Source: Sphaerodactylus townsendi
Lineage: Eukaryota
DNA: 64,000 bases
Assembly: GCF_021028975.2 (NCBI RefSeq)
Contig: NC_059440.1
Location: forward strand, 17,608,001-17,672,000
Reading direction: 5' to 3'
The translations under genes were made by a program, and so were the position numbers. The notes under the pieces are model-generated. The model worked only from the letters and a program-made list of their open reading frames with translations. It searched no databases and was not told where the DNA came from. Shown here piece after piece: positions 43,111 to 55,912 of this stretch. Numbering within the stretch: the stretch's first letter is position 1; every line of letters begins with the position of its first letter.

Positions 43111-43710
43111 TAGGCTGCAATCCTTCATTCAGTTATCCTATGTGGGTTTCTAATTTGACTGGAAAATATGTGATGTAACATAGTGCAGGATTGCAGCTTC
43201 TATTTGCATAAGACATTCTTGTGGCAGGATTCATCTCTCCACAGGGCATTATGTATTTTGGCATAGAGGTTCTGGCTGGTCTGTGAATCAGTAAAGCAAC
43301 AGGAAAAAACAACCTTAAGACACAGCAGGGATCCCCAATTTTCTTTTAACCTGTGAATATCTTTGGAACGTTGGTGGATTTGCATCCTTGATGTTGGATC
43401 TGAAATTCAAGTCAACAACAACTCTGTATGTCAAAATGAGATCTAGCTCACAGAGCTATGTTGCCTCATGTTACATTTCCAGCAGCATTGAAACATGTAA
43501 ACTGAGGAGTGCCATAAACTGTACTTAGTGACATACGCTGACTTAGTAGATCTTATTCCTAATTCTAAACGTGTTGCAAGCCAGCATGCCGCCTTGCCAT
43601 GAAACATACCGGGTGGATTTGGGCCAGACATTCTCTCTCAGTCAAACCTACTTCACAGGGCTGCTGTGAGGATTAAATGGAGGAGGAGGAGAGAACCATG
43701 TACTCCATTA

Positions 43711-43851
43711 GGCTCATTCCGCACATGCGGAATAGTGCACTTTCAAACTGCTTTCAGTGCTCTTTGAAGCTGTGTGGAATAGCAAAATCCACTTGCAAAC
43801 AGTTGTGAAAGTGGTTTGAAAATGCATTATTTTGCGTGTGCGGAAGTGGCC
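43711..43851. mobile_element. Harbinger-type MITE (fragment of same family at 340-400)
   Basis: TIR GGCTCATTCCGCACA / TGTGCGGAAGTGGCC; TTA / TTG flanks. Confidence 0.75.
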
Positions 43852-44020
43852 TTGGAGACAGGGCAGGATAAAAATGCACTCATAAATACAGATAAATGTG
43901 AAGTCTGGTTGTGGCTGCTTATGAAAGCACTCTTCATTTTCTCCAAGGCGCTCTATATTTATAAGTTTCTGACAACAAACACTGGTTCTGGGGATGAGTC
44001 CTGTCCTTTACTATTTAGTA

Positions 44021-44022
<2 letters not shown>

Positions 44023-44074
<52 letters not shown>
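44023..44074. repeat. (TG)n microsatellite
   Basis: Direct reading. Confidence 0.95.
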
Positions 44075-44077
<3 letters not shown>

Positions 44078-45231
44078 AAATACCAGCTATTCAATTCAAA
44101 AGCTTAACAGATAGTTCCTACCAGAATAAGAAACAATCAGTATCTAAAAACAACACAATAATGCCAGTCACCATCATAAAACATCAGCTCAAATGATGCT
44201 GGCAATAAACTCTCATGTCCAGCTATAAATAATATCTCCTGATTCTGGAATTGTAGTTTTCAGGGCAAAATATGTGACCAATTCCCATCATTGTCTCACT
44301 TTTTAAAATATGACAAGCTGGGGATCCTCGAGCGTCACCAAGGAAGAACCCCCCCACCCCGATCCTTGTTCTTTCCAGTCCTTTATTCCCAACTCCATCC
44401 ATTTATTTCTGTTTCCCTCCCTCTCCTGAGCTCCTTCTCTCCGTTTTTCACTCTTGTCCTTCCCAGCCTTTTATTGTCTTTTTCCCCTCTCTCTCTGTTC
44501 CTCACCCTTTCTCTTCTCCTGCCATTTCTGCTCGTGGCAACCACTCTGGAGTTGCATAAGGCCCGGCTGCACAATCTTGTTTGCTAGGCAGCCCCGCTGT
44601 GCTGAATGGGATCTCACAAGATTTTGTAAGATCTCAGTCAGCAGACTCCATTTGGGTGGATTGTAAAACCCCTCTTACCATTCTTTTTAAAAACTGGGCA
44701 TTTCCCTGCAAACGTTGAGGTCTTCCCAAATGTGCTGAATACACTTTTAAAAAAGAAACTAAACTCCTCTTTGAATATGTTCGGGGCTGGCATAATGTCC
44801 TCTCAAAGTAGCCCCATCTTCACTTTCGATCATGCAAGCAAGAGCTGTGTCACAATCCAATCTTGGACTGGAGTTGAGGTAATGCAATATCATTAGATAA
44901 TGGTTTAGGGACACGGTGACGCAAAAGCCTGCCCAGCAAATTAATAGCTGGGCATGGTCCAAGGGTGTGGGCACACGTCTTTTCCCATTCTGTTGTGCAA
45001 TGATGTGCCATGGCGCACGGGTTCCAGTCGTGCCTGAGAACCAGGTCTCCCCTGAGTCTGGCTCAGAGCAAACAAGACAATTTGAGCACCTTTCGTAAAT
45101 CAAGGCCGACACTAAGCAAATGTAAACAGCGATCCACGCATTTGCTTGAGGCTGCCCTACAACCAATCCTGAAGGAGCGCTGACGCTTTTTCAGATTCTG
45201 TTCATACCTGAATGGCAAACTGTTGTTCCAT

Positions 45232-45350
45232 TGGCTGTTGTGGGTTTTCTGGCCTGTGTGGCTGTGGTCACTGCTCCTAGCATTTCACCTGCATCTATGG
45301 CAGGCATCTTCAGAGGCATGTCACGGTATGAGATGTTTCTGCCCATGGCA
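45232..45350 (-). mobile_element. Decayed Penelope terminal fragment (others at 4958-5040 and 11326-11372)
   Basis: gtgggttttc...ctgtgtggc...ggcatcttcagagg shared with 538-630. Confidence 0.65.
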
Positions 45351-46249
45351 CCAGCTGTCGCATTTCCCGGAAGTTCTGTAAGATCTCTAGTTCTGTAAGA
45401 TCTCGAGCAGCCCCTCTATTGAACTGCAATTCCCAGGATTCCTTGGGGTTAGCCATGGAATTGGTTTAAAACCAGTGACTGTCAATAGTGTGTAGAGTTT
45501 GGTTTCATTTGCTATTAAGGGTAAAGCTGCGAATACCTTCTTTTCTGGGATTCTCCTTTGTCTGTATTCTTTCTAGAACAGAACACATATTGATAACATT
45601 CTGAGAATGGGGATCGGGAGGCAGTAGCTTGGAATATTGAGGTAGCTAACTAAGGAAGCCAGGTGCTACTGATTTGGACTCAATTACGCCGAAAGACGCC
45701 AGGAAGATCCCCTGAAACCACCCTTGAGATCATATCATTATTTCTGCCTCTGAGGCGGAGGACTATTGAGGTGGGCTGTTGGGAGTTGCTATTGAGGGGG
45801 AGTTGTTTTGAGAGTCACTGATAGAGCTGAGGACTGGGGGGCAATTTATTTCCATCAGGAGTCGTTAAACAGTCCCTGAGTTGATATTTGTGTCTGTTCC
45901 CTCAGGGGTGCTACTTTGTCATTCTATTTGGACTATTGACATATTGATATACATTTTAGTCCCTGCTGTATGAATGAACAGCTAGCTAGGTGACAGCCAG
46001 CTGTTATGGACAGTGACCACTGCTACACCTAACCGGGTGGCAGCTGACTAAAGGCTTAGTAGCTACTGGGTTCAGTTGGAAGGCTGGCACTAAGTGGCAG
46101 TTGGTGCCAGCCATCTCTATTGTATTGATCCATGCGGCAGTGAAGGCTATTGTGCCATAGTACATATGTGTGGCAGGTACGTTACTCTACAACTCAGACA
46201 GAGTCTGAAAGTATGTCGGGGATCCCAGTGTTAGTAGAGTGGGGACAAT

Positions 46250-46910
46250 ATTTATTTATTTATTTGTTTGTTTGTTTGTTTATTTGATTTTTTATACAGC
46301 CCTCCCCCAGAGGGCTCAGGGCGGTGTACAAATAAACATATACAGACAGGGGAAGGTTAAAACCAGTACAAATATAATACAAGCCCTGTCTCCTTATTAA
46401 AACCAGTAACAGCAATACAGCCAGCATCCAAGAACTAAAACTGACCCCCGCCCGGGGAAACTGAAAAGGTCCCCACTAAAATGGGTCACATAATTAAAAC
46501 AAATAGAGAACAAGGGGAGGAGGGTAGGGGACCGGGGGCACCCTCAGCAGCCGACACCCCCAAAAGCCCGGTGGAACAGCTGAGTCTTACAGGCCCTGCG
46601 GAACTCACCAAGGTCCCGCAGGGCCCGGACAGATGGAGGGAGGCTGTTCCACCAGGCAGGGGCCAGGCCTGCAAATTGGCCTCTGCCAAAAGCAGAGACT
46701 GAGCTGGGACATACGGGATAAGACGGTCCCGAAGGTACGAAGGTCCCAAGCCACGTAAAGCCTTAAGGTTAACACCAACACCTTGAAGATGACTTGGAAT
46801 TCAACTGGGAGCCAAAGCAGGCTACGCAACATAGGCAAAATATGGTCTCAAAAGGCACCTCCTGTGAGCAGACGAGCTGCCGCATTTTGGACGAGTTTCA
46901 ACATGCAGTC
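46250..46910 (-). mobile_element. L2-like LINE 3' fragment
   Basis: LRSLLWLPVEFQVIFKVLVL...GPSYLRDRL peptide; same UTR as 5615-6030. Confidence 0.8.
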
Positions 46911-47009
46911 GGCCGCATTATAGACAGAGACTGAGCTACAGGCAGGCTCGATCTCTGTCTGACCTGCATCCTATCTCACGATATGTAGGTAGCAAGTAGG
47001 GACCTAACC

Positions 47010-47240
47010 CTGCTCCACTGCTGGTGTTGATGAACGCGATGTCCATAAATAGCAAAACAGCCAATATGAACCTGGCCTGCATTACTGAGACATGGGTGAG
47101 GGAGGGTGAAACAGTCGCCCTCAATGAACCCACCCCGCCAGGTTTTGCAGTCATCCACCAACTTCAGCTCGGGATGGTGGTGTAGCTATGCTCACCTGGA
47201 ATTCGATCTCCTTTCGGATGACCCCAATCCCATGGGTATA
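47010..47240 (+). mobile_element. LINE AP-endonuclease N-terminal fragment (L2/CR1-like)
   Basis: LMNAMSINSK...LACITETW...PPGFAV...GGVAML. Confidence 0.6.
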
Positions 47241-47243
47241 GGG

Positions 47244-47391
47244 CAGGGGTAGGGAACCTGCGGCTCTCCAGATGTTCAGGAACTACAATTCCCATCAGCC
47301 CCTTTCAGCATGGCCAATTGGCCATGCTGAAAGGGGCTGATGGGAATTGTAGTTCCTGAACATCTGGAGAGCCGCAGGTTCCCTACCCCTG
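47244..47391. mobile_element. Perfectly palindromic hAT-type MITE
   Basis: 148-bp perfect palindrome; TSD GTATAGGG on both sides. Confidence 0.92.
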
Positions 47392-48000
47392 GTATAGGGT
47401 ATTTGGGCCTGCATTGGGACTTGGAGGAGAGTAATAAAACAAATAAAATAAGACAATGCATATTTTTATTAACAGAAGTAGCTCTGAATAAAGCAAAGGT
47501 TGGCAACCTTGACTGTAGGTGCTTTTAGATCAACTGGGCTTTTCCCTTCCTCTTCCACCCCCTTCCTCCCCATACTGGCTAAACTAGAAAATGGAAAAAA
47601 AAAAACCTTTACAATGGTGTGCTTTTTGTGTGGGTGTTACTTGATCAGCTTTTGATCACTGAGGAGTTTGGCTGATAACTTCTCTTTAGGGTGTTCATTA
47701 AATAGCAAACCTTAGATGGGCTCTTTACGTCAATGGAGGGGTTAACTCTGCTGGAGAGCCAACCTTGACCGATTGCCCATCTCTGTGCTGCCCCCACAGC
47801 CAGCAAATCAGCAGCAGCAGCGTTCGCCCTCCCCCACCACCCACTTCTGCTCAAAAGGAGCCGTGCCCTGGCCAGCTCCCTCTCTCCACCTCGCTCTCGG
47901 GCACCGAGGACCCTGCAAAATGGCTCAGCACAGGGTGCAGTGTGGCAATCTCCAAAATGACCTGATCTTGTTCCCGCACAACAGGAAGGTCCTCAAAAGG

Positions 48001-48140
48001 ATGTCCTCGCTCACAGAGATGAAGGAGATCTTCCACAACGCCGACGCCGTTTGCTTCGATGTCGACAGCACGGTCATCCGAGAGGAAGGCATCGACGAGC
48101 TGGCCAAGTTCTGTGGCGTTGGAGATGCGGTGGCAGAAAT
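48001..48140 (+). CDS. PSPH: PSPH coding exon 1 (acceptor acag ends 47984)
   Basis: [47 protein letters not shown]. Confidence 0.94.
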
Positions 48141-51100
48141 GTATGTATGCCTGTGGCTGGGCAGGAGAAAGGAGGGGTTTCCCCCATAGAAACTGGCACC
48201 CACAAGCTACTGTTAGCCTCTGTGGGAAACAAACAAGTACAGTGCAGATAACATCCTTTTTCTTCCTGCTGCCACTAAAAGTTGCTCTGATGAGTGATTT
48301 CTATTAGGGAACTGCCACCAGAGTGGAAGAGTTAGCTCTCTTGTCCCCAGACTGGATCTAAATAACCCCTGCATGGCTTCTTTTTAATGTTGCCTGCAGT
48401 TTTGCCCTAAGAAACATCGAACGACCCTTTTAAAATAGCTACCCTGCCTGTTGCTTTCTCTTTTCCACCCTGTTTTGGCCTTTGTTCTGTTTTGACTTGC
48501 TAATTCAGTTACGTTCCCCTCGAATTGTTTTCCTTCCATGAGACACACCTAGCCTCTTCAACTAGATCTTTTGTTGTCTTTTGTGTTTCACGGTGCACAG
48601 AACATTCGCCAAATTAAAGCAAAGTCATGTTTTTACAGTCGACGTTTGGTGGTTTTGTCTTGGGGTTGTTTCAAGAATGTTATTCCAAGAATCCCTTTCT
48701 ATAAAAATAGGGGGTCCTTCCAGTGGTGGGATTCAAATAATTTAACAACCGGTTCCGGTGCTGGGATTCAAATAATTTAACAACTGGTTGTTTACAAGTA
48801 CCATTTTAACAACCGTTTCTGCCGAAGTGGTGCGAACCTGCTGAATCCCACCACTGGGTCCTTCTACTACCCCGCCAGGTTGCTATGTGTCTTGAAATGC
48901 TTCATTGTTGTCCTTCTGGGCTGAAGTTTAAAGATTCAGGGACTGTGCCCATAATTGTGCCAAAGTGTCGTTTCTTCATTTCACATCCTGTATATACACT
49001 TCATAATCATAGCCTGAAATGATTACAGGGCTAGTTAATCCTGGTATAACTGGTTGCAGAATGAGTGGGAGAGAGTTCCTCTGAACAGTTTGACCTAAAT
49101 TTCTCTGAATCTCGATTTAGGACACGCAGAGCTATGGGCGGCTCAGTAACATTCCAGGCAGCTCTAACGGCACGGCTGGGCCTCATCCGACCATCCTATG
49201 AACAGGTGCAGAAGCTAATATCAGAGCATCCGCCTCAGTTAACTCCAGGAATCAGGTAAGAGGTCTTCAAACTAGTTGCATTGTCTGTTTTATTGATTTA
49301 TACTTCACCCTTCTTGACCTGAGTCAAGCTCAGGGCAACTGTCCTAGGATTCTGAGATATGGGAATCATTGCCATATGAACCATGAAGACTTGGCAGTAG
49401 GTGGCAGGAAATAGGACAGTTTGTAAAAAAATAATAATGATGGCCACCCCTGGAGACTAGAAGTGGCAGAAATATGGCTTACTTTTCAGCGAAGGACATT
49501 TGTCTTTGTCTCCATTTCATAATCATACTTGGGTGTATTTGCAAAGCAAAAAGATCCATTATATATTTGGAAAGATTTCTTGACCTGGGGTAAGATTTCA
49601 CTATAAAAAGCAGCTGGGTAACAGTGGGAAGGGAAAGTGCGGAAGCCAGTTCTAATACAGTTTCAGTTATTTTGACAGTGGGTGTTTCTGTTAGATTTGC
49701 AACACTCATGGTTTCCATGAACAGACAAACCATGGTTTGCCGTTGCCTGCATGTCACAACCCCTGGTATTCCTTGGAGTCCTCTGATCCAAACACCAGGC
49801 AGGGCTGAGGCTGAGAGTGTGTGATTGTCCAAGATCACCCAGCACCCAACAAGATCGCTCAGCACCCAGCCAATGAGGTGGAGTGGTTAAGAGCAGTGGA
49901 CTCTAATCTGGAGAACTTGGCTTGATTCCCCTGTCCACGAGCGGCAGACTCTGATCTGGGGAACCAGATTTGTTTGCCTGCTCCTCCAGATGAAGCCTCC
50001 TGGGTGACTTTGGGCTAGTCTCAGTTCTCTCAGAACTCTCTCGGCCCCACCCACCTCACAAGGTGTCTGTTGTGGGGAGAGAAAGGGAGTTTGTAAGCCA
50101 CCTTGAGAAAAGCGGGACATAAATCCAAACTTTTCTTCTGCATCTTCGTGGCACAAATGCGGATTTGAACTTGGGTTTCCCAGGCCTAGTCTGACCCCTT
50201 AACCGTTGCCCCAAGCTGGTCATTGCTATACACGAACACAAAACATATCTATGATATGGCCTGGGAGAAGCAGCAGAAGGCCCTTGCTTTCACCTCCTGC
50301 ATGTGAGCTCCCAAAGGCACCTGGTGGGCCACTGCGAGTAGCAGAGTGCTGGACTAGATGGACTCTGGTCTGATCCAGCAGGCTAGTTCTTATGTTCTTA
50401 TGAGAAGGGGAGGAGAAGCAAAGGGTTATCATTTTTAATACAGTGATTGCATACATTCTTCTTCCAGACTTGACATTTCCCTTGAAATGCGGCCTTGGTC
50501 GTTGTCTGTTCTTTCCCACGCAGGGAACTGGTCAGCCGACTCCATCAGCGAGGCGTCCAGGTCTTTCTCGTCTCAGGAGGGTTTCAGAGCATCGTGGATC
50601 ATGTTGCCATGCAGCTGAACATCCCGACAGCCAACGTGTATGCCAATCGGTTGAAGTTCTACTTTAATGGTAAGATTGCCTAGATGGCAGATCAGGCTTG
50701 TTGGATTCTCTCGGGAGCAATAGATATCGATCCCAGGCAACTGTTTTTTAAACCAACAGCATTATAGATTTATCTGTCCTAAAGACACAGGAAGAAAGAG
50801 TCTAATAATTGGTCTTTTTATGCAGAGCACCTCATCAAAATTGGTCTTTTTGTACAGAATGCTTCATCAAAATGGCAATGAAGAGAGACTTAGGGAGCTG
50901 GGGATGTTTAGTCTGGAGAAGCGAAGATTAAGGGGGGACATGGCAGCTATGTTTAAATATTTGAAGGGATGTTATGTCAAAGAGGGAGCAAGCTTGTTTT
51001 CTGCTGCCTCAGAGACTAGGGCAAGGAGTAATGGATTCAAGGTGCAGGAAAAGAGATTCCACCTGAACATTAGGAAAAACTTTCTGACTGTCAGAGCTGT

Positions 51101-54100
51101 CCGACAGTGGAATTCACTGCCTCCGAGAGTGGTGGAATCTCCTTCTTTGGAAGTTTTTAAATGGAGTCTGGATGAACATATGTTGGGACTGCTTTGTTTA
51201 TGTGTTCCTGCGTGGCCAGGGGTTGGACTTGATGGCCTTTATGGTCTCTTTCAACTCTATGATTCTACCTTTCCTAAGATTCTTTAACTATTTACCCATC
51301 AGCCAGACACTTCCTTCTTGCTCCATAGTTTAACCCGTACCTGGTCCTTTGATGTGTCAATTGTTCGCTTGTAATCTTCAACCAACAAGCAGAGATTAGT
51401 TTGGAACATGTGCCTGAAAGATACACACCAACCTATTTTCCACACCCACATCTACCACCACAGAAACTGATAAAACTAAGCAACTTTTAAGATGGCAAGG
51501 GAAGAAGAATACTGGAAGCTAAATCAAACATCTTAAATAGATGGCCATCACTGAGTATCAAACTATATGTTACATTGGCAGGGTTATGTATTTATTTGAT
51601 GCTTTTGTATGCCACCTTTCAGCCTCTGGCTAACAACAGAACCCCAAACCTATGATAAAAATTAACATTGCAACAAAAAAATCCTTTAAAATATTTTCTA
51701 TGCCAATAAAGGCTTGCTGCTTCTCTTTAAAATATTTGCCTGTAAAAAATCAGGGACAGTAAATCAACAGGCACCATCAGTTCAACTCAAAGGCCTTGCC
51801 CAACTGATAGATCTTCTGACAAAGGATTGGGCGGCACATCCATGAAATGGAAGCCACAAAATGACGGCTGTAGGAGGCACAGTTAGCGACAAAATGATTG
51901 CCACAGCTTGACTTCATCCACATAGCGAAGATCCTTCTGCTGTGGTGGCAGCCAAAGCAAGGTTTTTTTAAAAATCTACATAGTCAACCAAATCCCCAAA
52001 AGCCAATCAGAAGGCTTAATCCTCTTTGATCTGATCCTCTTTGATCTGAGATTGCAAATGCCTTAACAGACCAGGTGCTTGGGAGCAACAGCCGCAGAAG
52101 GCCATTGCTTTCACATCCTGCATGTGAGCTCCCAAAGGCACCTGGTGGGCCACTGCGAGTAGCAGAGTGCTGGACTAGATGGACTCTGGTCTGATCCAGC
52201 TGGCTTGTTCTTATGTTCTTATGGCTTGCTGCATAAAAAGCCCTATCTGGCCACACCCAGAACACTTGGCGGGCACCAGGAAGAGTCAGCGGCGGCTGTG
52301 GCACCCTCTGGCACCACATGGGGACCTCTGAACCAAGCCCTCTTCCAGAATCCTTGCAGGAATCCATACTTTGCTTAGAAACACTGCACAGCTGCATGAC
52401 TGACTTTTCTCTTTTTGATGGGCATCTCTCTAGGGGAGTATGCAGGCTTTGATGAGACGCAGCCGACAGCCGAGTCTGGTGGCAAAGGAAAAGTGATTAG
52501 CTACCTCAAAGAGCAGTTCCAGTTTAAGAAGGTTGTGATGATTGGAGATGGAGCCACAGACATGGAAGCCTGCCCCCCTGCGGTGAGTGTCCCTGTTGTG
52601 TATGGCAGCGTTCTCCACGGAGGTTAAGCGGACGCAGAGGCCAGTGAGCTTTCTGGCTGCAGGCTCAGACGCAAGCGTTCCGGCACATAATAAAAATATC
52701 ACATCTGGGGCCCTAATTCAGATCACGGCTGCAATGGGAACAGAGGCAGGATTTAAGTCTTTCTCATTCGCACCACTGTCCTAGCTTAGAAAGGCCCAGG
52801 AAAGCTGCCAGAAGAGCATAGTGCAGGGAGCAAAGTTTACGCCAGCGTGGCATAGCGATTAAAAGTGGTGGACTCTAATCTGGAGCGTAGGGCTTGATCC
52901 CCCATTCTTCCATGTGAGCGGCGGACTCCTATCTGGTGAACTTGATTTGTTTCCCAGCTCCTACCCATGAAGGCTGCTGCATGATTTTGAGCTAGTCACA
53001 GTTCACTCTCTCACCCCCACTGTTGTGTGGAGAGGAATGGAAATGGTGGTTTGACACTCCTCAAAGGCAGAGAAAACTGAGTATAAAAACCAACTCTTCT
53101 TAATTTCAAACTCCATTTTTACTGCCCATTCTCCTCTTCCTTCCCCGCCTCCTTCAAAACTTTGTGCTGTAGACTTGATACAAATCAGGTTTCTTCCTTT
53201 AAAAATAATAATAATAATAATGCTGGGAGTTAAGTTCATAGAATTTTGAGCATCACATATAGTTGAGCCTATTAGAATTTGGACCTGGTTCTTCGCAGTC
53301 CAAGTACATCTGACTATCTACTTGACCACAATGGCTCACAAAACCTGACCGATTGTTGATTCTTTCTAGCATTAGATAGCACTGGACTTGAGCAATGCCA
53401 TGTTTCTACAAATAGGGAAAAGGCTCTCTAGGGTGGCAGTGCCAGAGGCAATTGGAGGAAATCGCCTAAGATCATATGAAAGGGTAAAATTCAGTCGCAA
53501 ACTCCTGGACAGCTCCGTAGCCTGCAGGCACACTGCTTGTTCCTAGTTAATGATTTCCCTTATCAGTTAATGATTATTTCTGATATCTTTCCGGGGAGGT
53601 GAAGGGGCCAAAATGAATTGGTCGCAGAGGCCAGCTGTTTCAGGAATGGGCATTAAGAAATAAACTCCTGAAGTTCACAGCTGAACAAAAACATGTTCCA
53701 TCAAGAACTTGAAGGTTTCTTTAGTCTCTTTCTTACAAAAAGTTTTTTTTTTCCATCAAGTCCCAGCTGACTTACAGCGACTCTGTAGGGTTTTCAAGGT
53801 GAGATGTTCAGAAGTGGTAACAGAAAGAACAGCTGCGTATAACTTGCACGCCATCACACATGACAATCACAGGACAATCTGTCCTGTCTTGGTTAGGCAT
53901 GGTTGGAAACTTTTGAGTTTTCCTAGGTTTTTTAGCTGGGTGAAACAAGCAACATATTCAATTAAGGTAGAGACAACGGTCTCTTCCAAAATGGCACATT
54001 CTGGGGACGTCTGCATAAATTGGCTTAACTCCCAGGTTTCTCCTCCACCCTGAAATCTGGGAATGGTCATTCTGTGATAGGGGCAAGGGGTCACTGTGAT

Positions 54101-55735
54101 GGGTTAATGGGGCTCAGTCATAAAGTATGAAGCCACAGAGTTTTCAAGCATGCAATTTGCAGGGTTTCTTGAGAAAATCCAGGACAGTTCAATTGGCTCA
54201 GATTACATTTTTTATTATGTTGGCTCTTGGTTACATTTTAATTTTATATCTTTACATTTTACTCTGTACTGCTTGCATTTCAATGCTCCTTAACCCTGCT
54301 GTTTTTTTAAACATAAGTTAATCACCAGGTTTTTTTTAAATAAGTTAATCACCAACTTATTTTTAAAAATAAGTTAATCATCAGAGCCATCATTTTGCAT
54401 CTGACAAAGCAGGTTTCAGTCCATGAAAGTTTATGCTGGAATAAAATCCTGTTTGTTTTAAGGTGCGCTGGACTTCTCTTAGTTCTGCTACCCCAGACTA
54501 ACCCAGGGGCTCTTCTGGTTTATGTGCGTAGTGCCCATAAGGTCTAAATAAGATTCTGTGCAGACCAGCCAGTCAGGGAACCCGGTTCCACTCCATCAGA
54601 TGTTCAGGAACTACAATTGGCCATCATGCCTGTGATAATTGTAGTTCTCAACATCTGGGTCTCCCCTGGTGTAGACAAACAGCAGCAAATGTGGGGTGGT
54701 ACTTATAGGAAGAAAAGGAAGAAGGAGAGTTTGGATTTATACCCCCTCTTTCTCTGCTGTAAGGAGTCTCATGCAAACTCCTTTCCTTTCCTCTCCCCAC
54801 AGCAGACACCTTGGGAGATAGGTGGGGCTGTGAGAGTTCTGAGAGAACTGTGACTGGCCCAAGGTCACCCAGCAGGCTTTATATGTAGCAGTGAGGAAAT
54901 AAGTCTGGTTCACCAGATTAGAGTCCGCCGCTCATGTGGAAGAGTGGGGAATCAAACCCAGTTTTCCAGATTAGAGTCCGCTGCTCTTAACCACTCCACC
55001 ACACGAGCTCTCCAGACACTTCACTGCTGCTGCTCTTACTGATTCTTCCCTTGGAGGCCATTCTCTGCCTCGTCCTTGTCACCCCCACAGGCTTACTTCT
55101 GATTTTAGAGGCCTCCTGACAGGCAGCCATCCAGCCTCCTCTCATACCAAAGAAGTCTGCCTTTTTTCTGTTTCTTTTAACTTTAAAAAAGAAATTGTGA
55201 ATATTTATGGTATTCCAAGATAAAATAGGTTGATATTATGCTGCACATCAATGTTTGTGTTTCTGAGTTTCTAAACTTGTTCTGTGTCGTCTACTGGCCT
55301 TTGCGTGTCGTCTGCAGCTTCCGCAAAACTCCTCAAACATTCCCATTTAATTCCTGATGCCAACCTGCAATATATCAGACTCATGAAGGGGAAAGTCGCA
55401 GTGTGGAAGGGTTAACTGCTTGCAGATCCCTGGCCAAACTTAACCAGCACCCCTCCCACCACCCACCCCTGTCCTGGGGCTTCAAGCTTTCTGTCCTTCC
55501 CCAAACCTAAGGGGAGGGTTGTTTCTATACCTGAGCATCCCACACCCAAAGGTCTTTCACCCATGGCTAGGAATCCTGAGATCCACTGAAGAAATAACCA
55601 CGGTGTCCTTTTCTGTTTTCCCAGGACTGTTTCATTGGATTTGGAGGCAACGTGGTACGGAAACAAGTAAAAGAAAAGGCCAAATGGTACATCACTCACT
55701 TCGATGAGCTGTTGAAAGAACTGGAGGAGCGATAA
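48001..55735 (+). CDS. PSPH: Phosphoserine phosphatase (HAD family); join(48001..48140,49121..49255,50524..50669,52434..52582,55625..55735), 226 aa
   Basis: HAD motifs FDVDST, VSGGF, GKGK, IGDGATD; exon sum 681 nt; GT-AG boundaries; head-to-head with CCT6A. Confidence 0.97.
48721..48856. mobile_element. hAT MITE (CAGTGGTGGGAT termini)
   Basis: Perfect 8-bp TSD GGTCCTTC. Confidence 0.88.
49121..49255 (+). CDS. PSPH: PSPH coding exon 2
   Basis: [45 protein letters not shown]. Confidence 0.95.
49870..50140 (+). mobile_element. Squam3-like SINE
   Basis: Family head, CORE-like region and tail. Confidence 0.78.
50524..50669 (+). CDS. PSPH: PSPH coding exon 3
   Basis: [24 protein letters not shown]...ANRLKFYFN. 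Confidence 0.95.
50878..51268 (+). mobile_element. CR1 LINE 3' fragment
   Basis: [21 protein letters not shown]...WNSLP; tail ctctatgattcta. Confidence 0.88.
52434..52582 (+). CDS. PSPH: PSPH coding exon 4
   Basis: [22 protein letters not shown]...[14 protein letters not shown]. Confidence 0.95.
52841..53101 (+). mobile_element. Squam3-like SINE (older)
   Basis: Family similarity. Confidence 0.7.
54717..55005 (-). mobile_element. Squam3-like SINE
   Basis: Reverse complement of the family. Confidence 0.8.
55625..55735 (+). CDS. PSPH: PSPH last coding exon
   Basis: [36 protein letters not shown]. Confidence 0.95.
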   Translation, partial: DCFIGFGGNVVRKQVKEKAKWYITHFDELLKELEER

Positions 55736-55912
55736 ATTATAACAAAAACTAGTCTTATTTTATTAACATTCGTCATAGATAGATGTATAATGATGCAATT
55801 AAACATGTTCTTATTGTTGTTTGCAATTGGAGGCATTTGAGGTTTTTATCTACGGCAAACCCCCATCTTTAGAACTGTTTGTTTACAGGGTGGTCACTCT
55901 CAAACCCTAAAC

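Noticed and set aside
47773-48000. N-terminal extension of PSPH from the long ORF
   Set aside because: An acceptor at 47984 and homology starting at Met 48001 indicate intron sequence.
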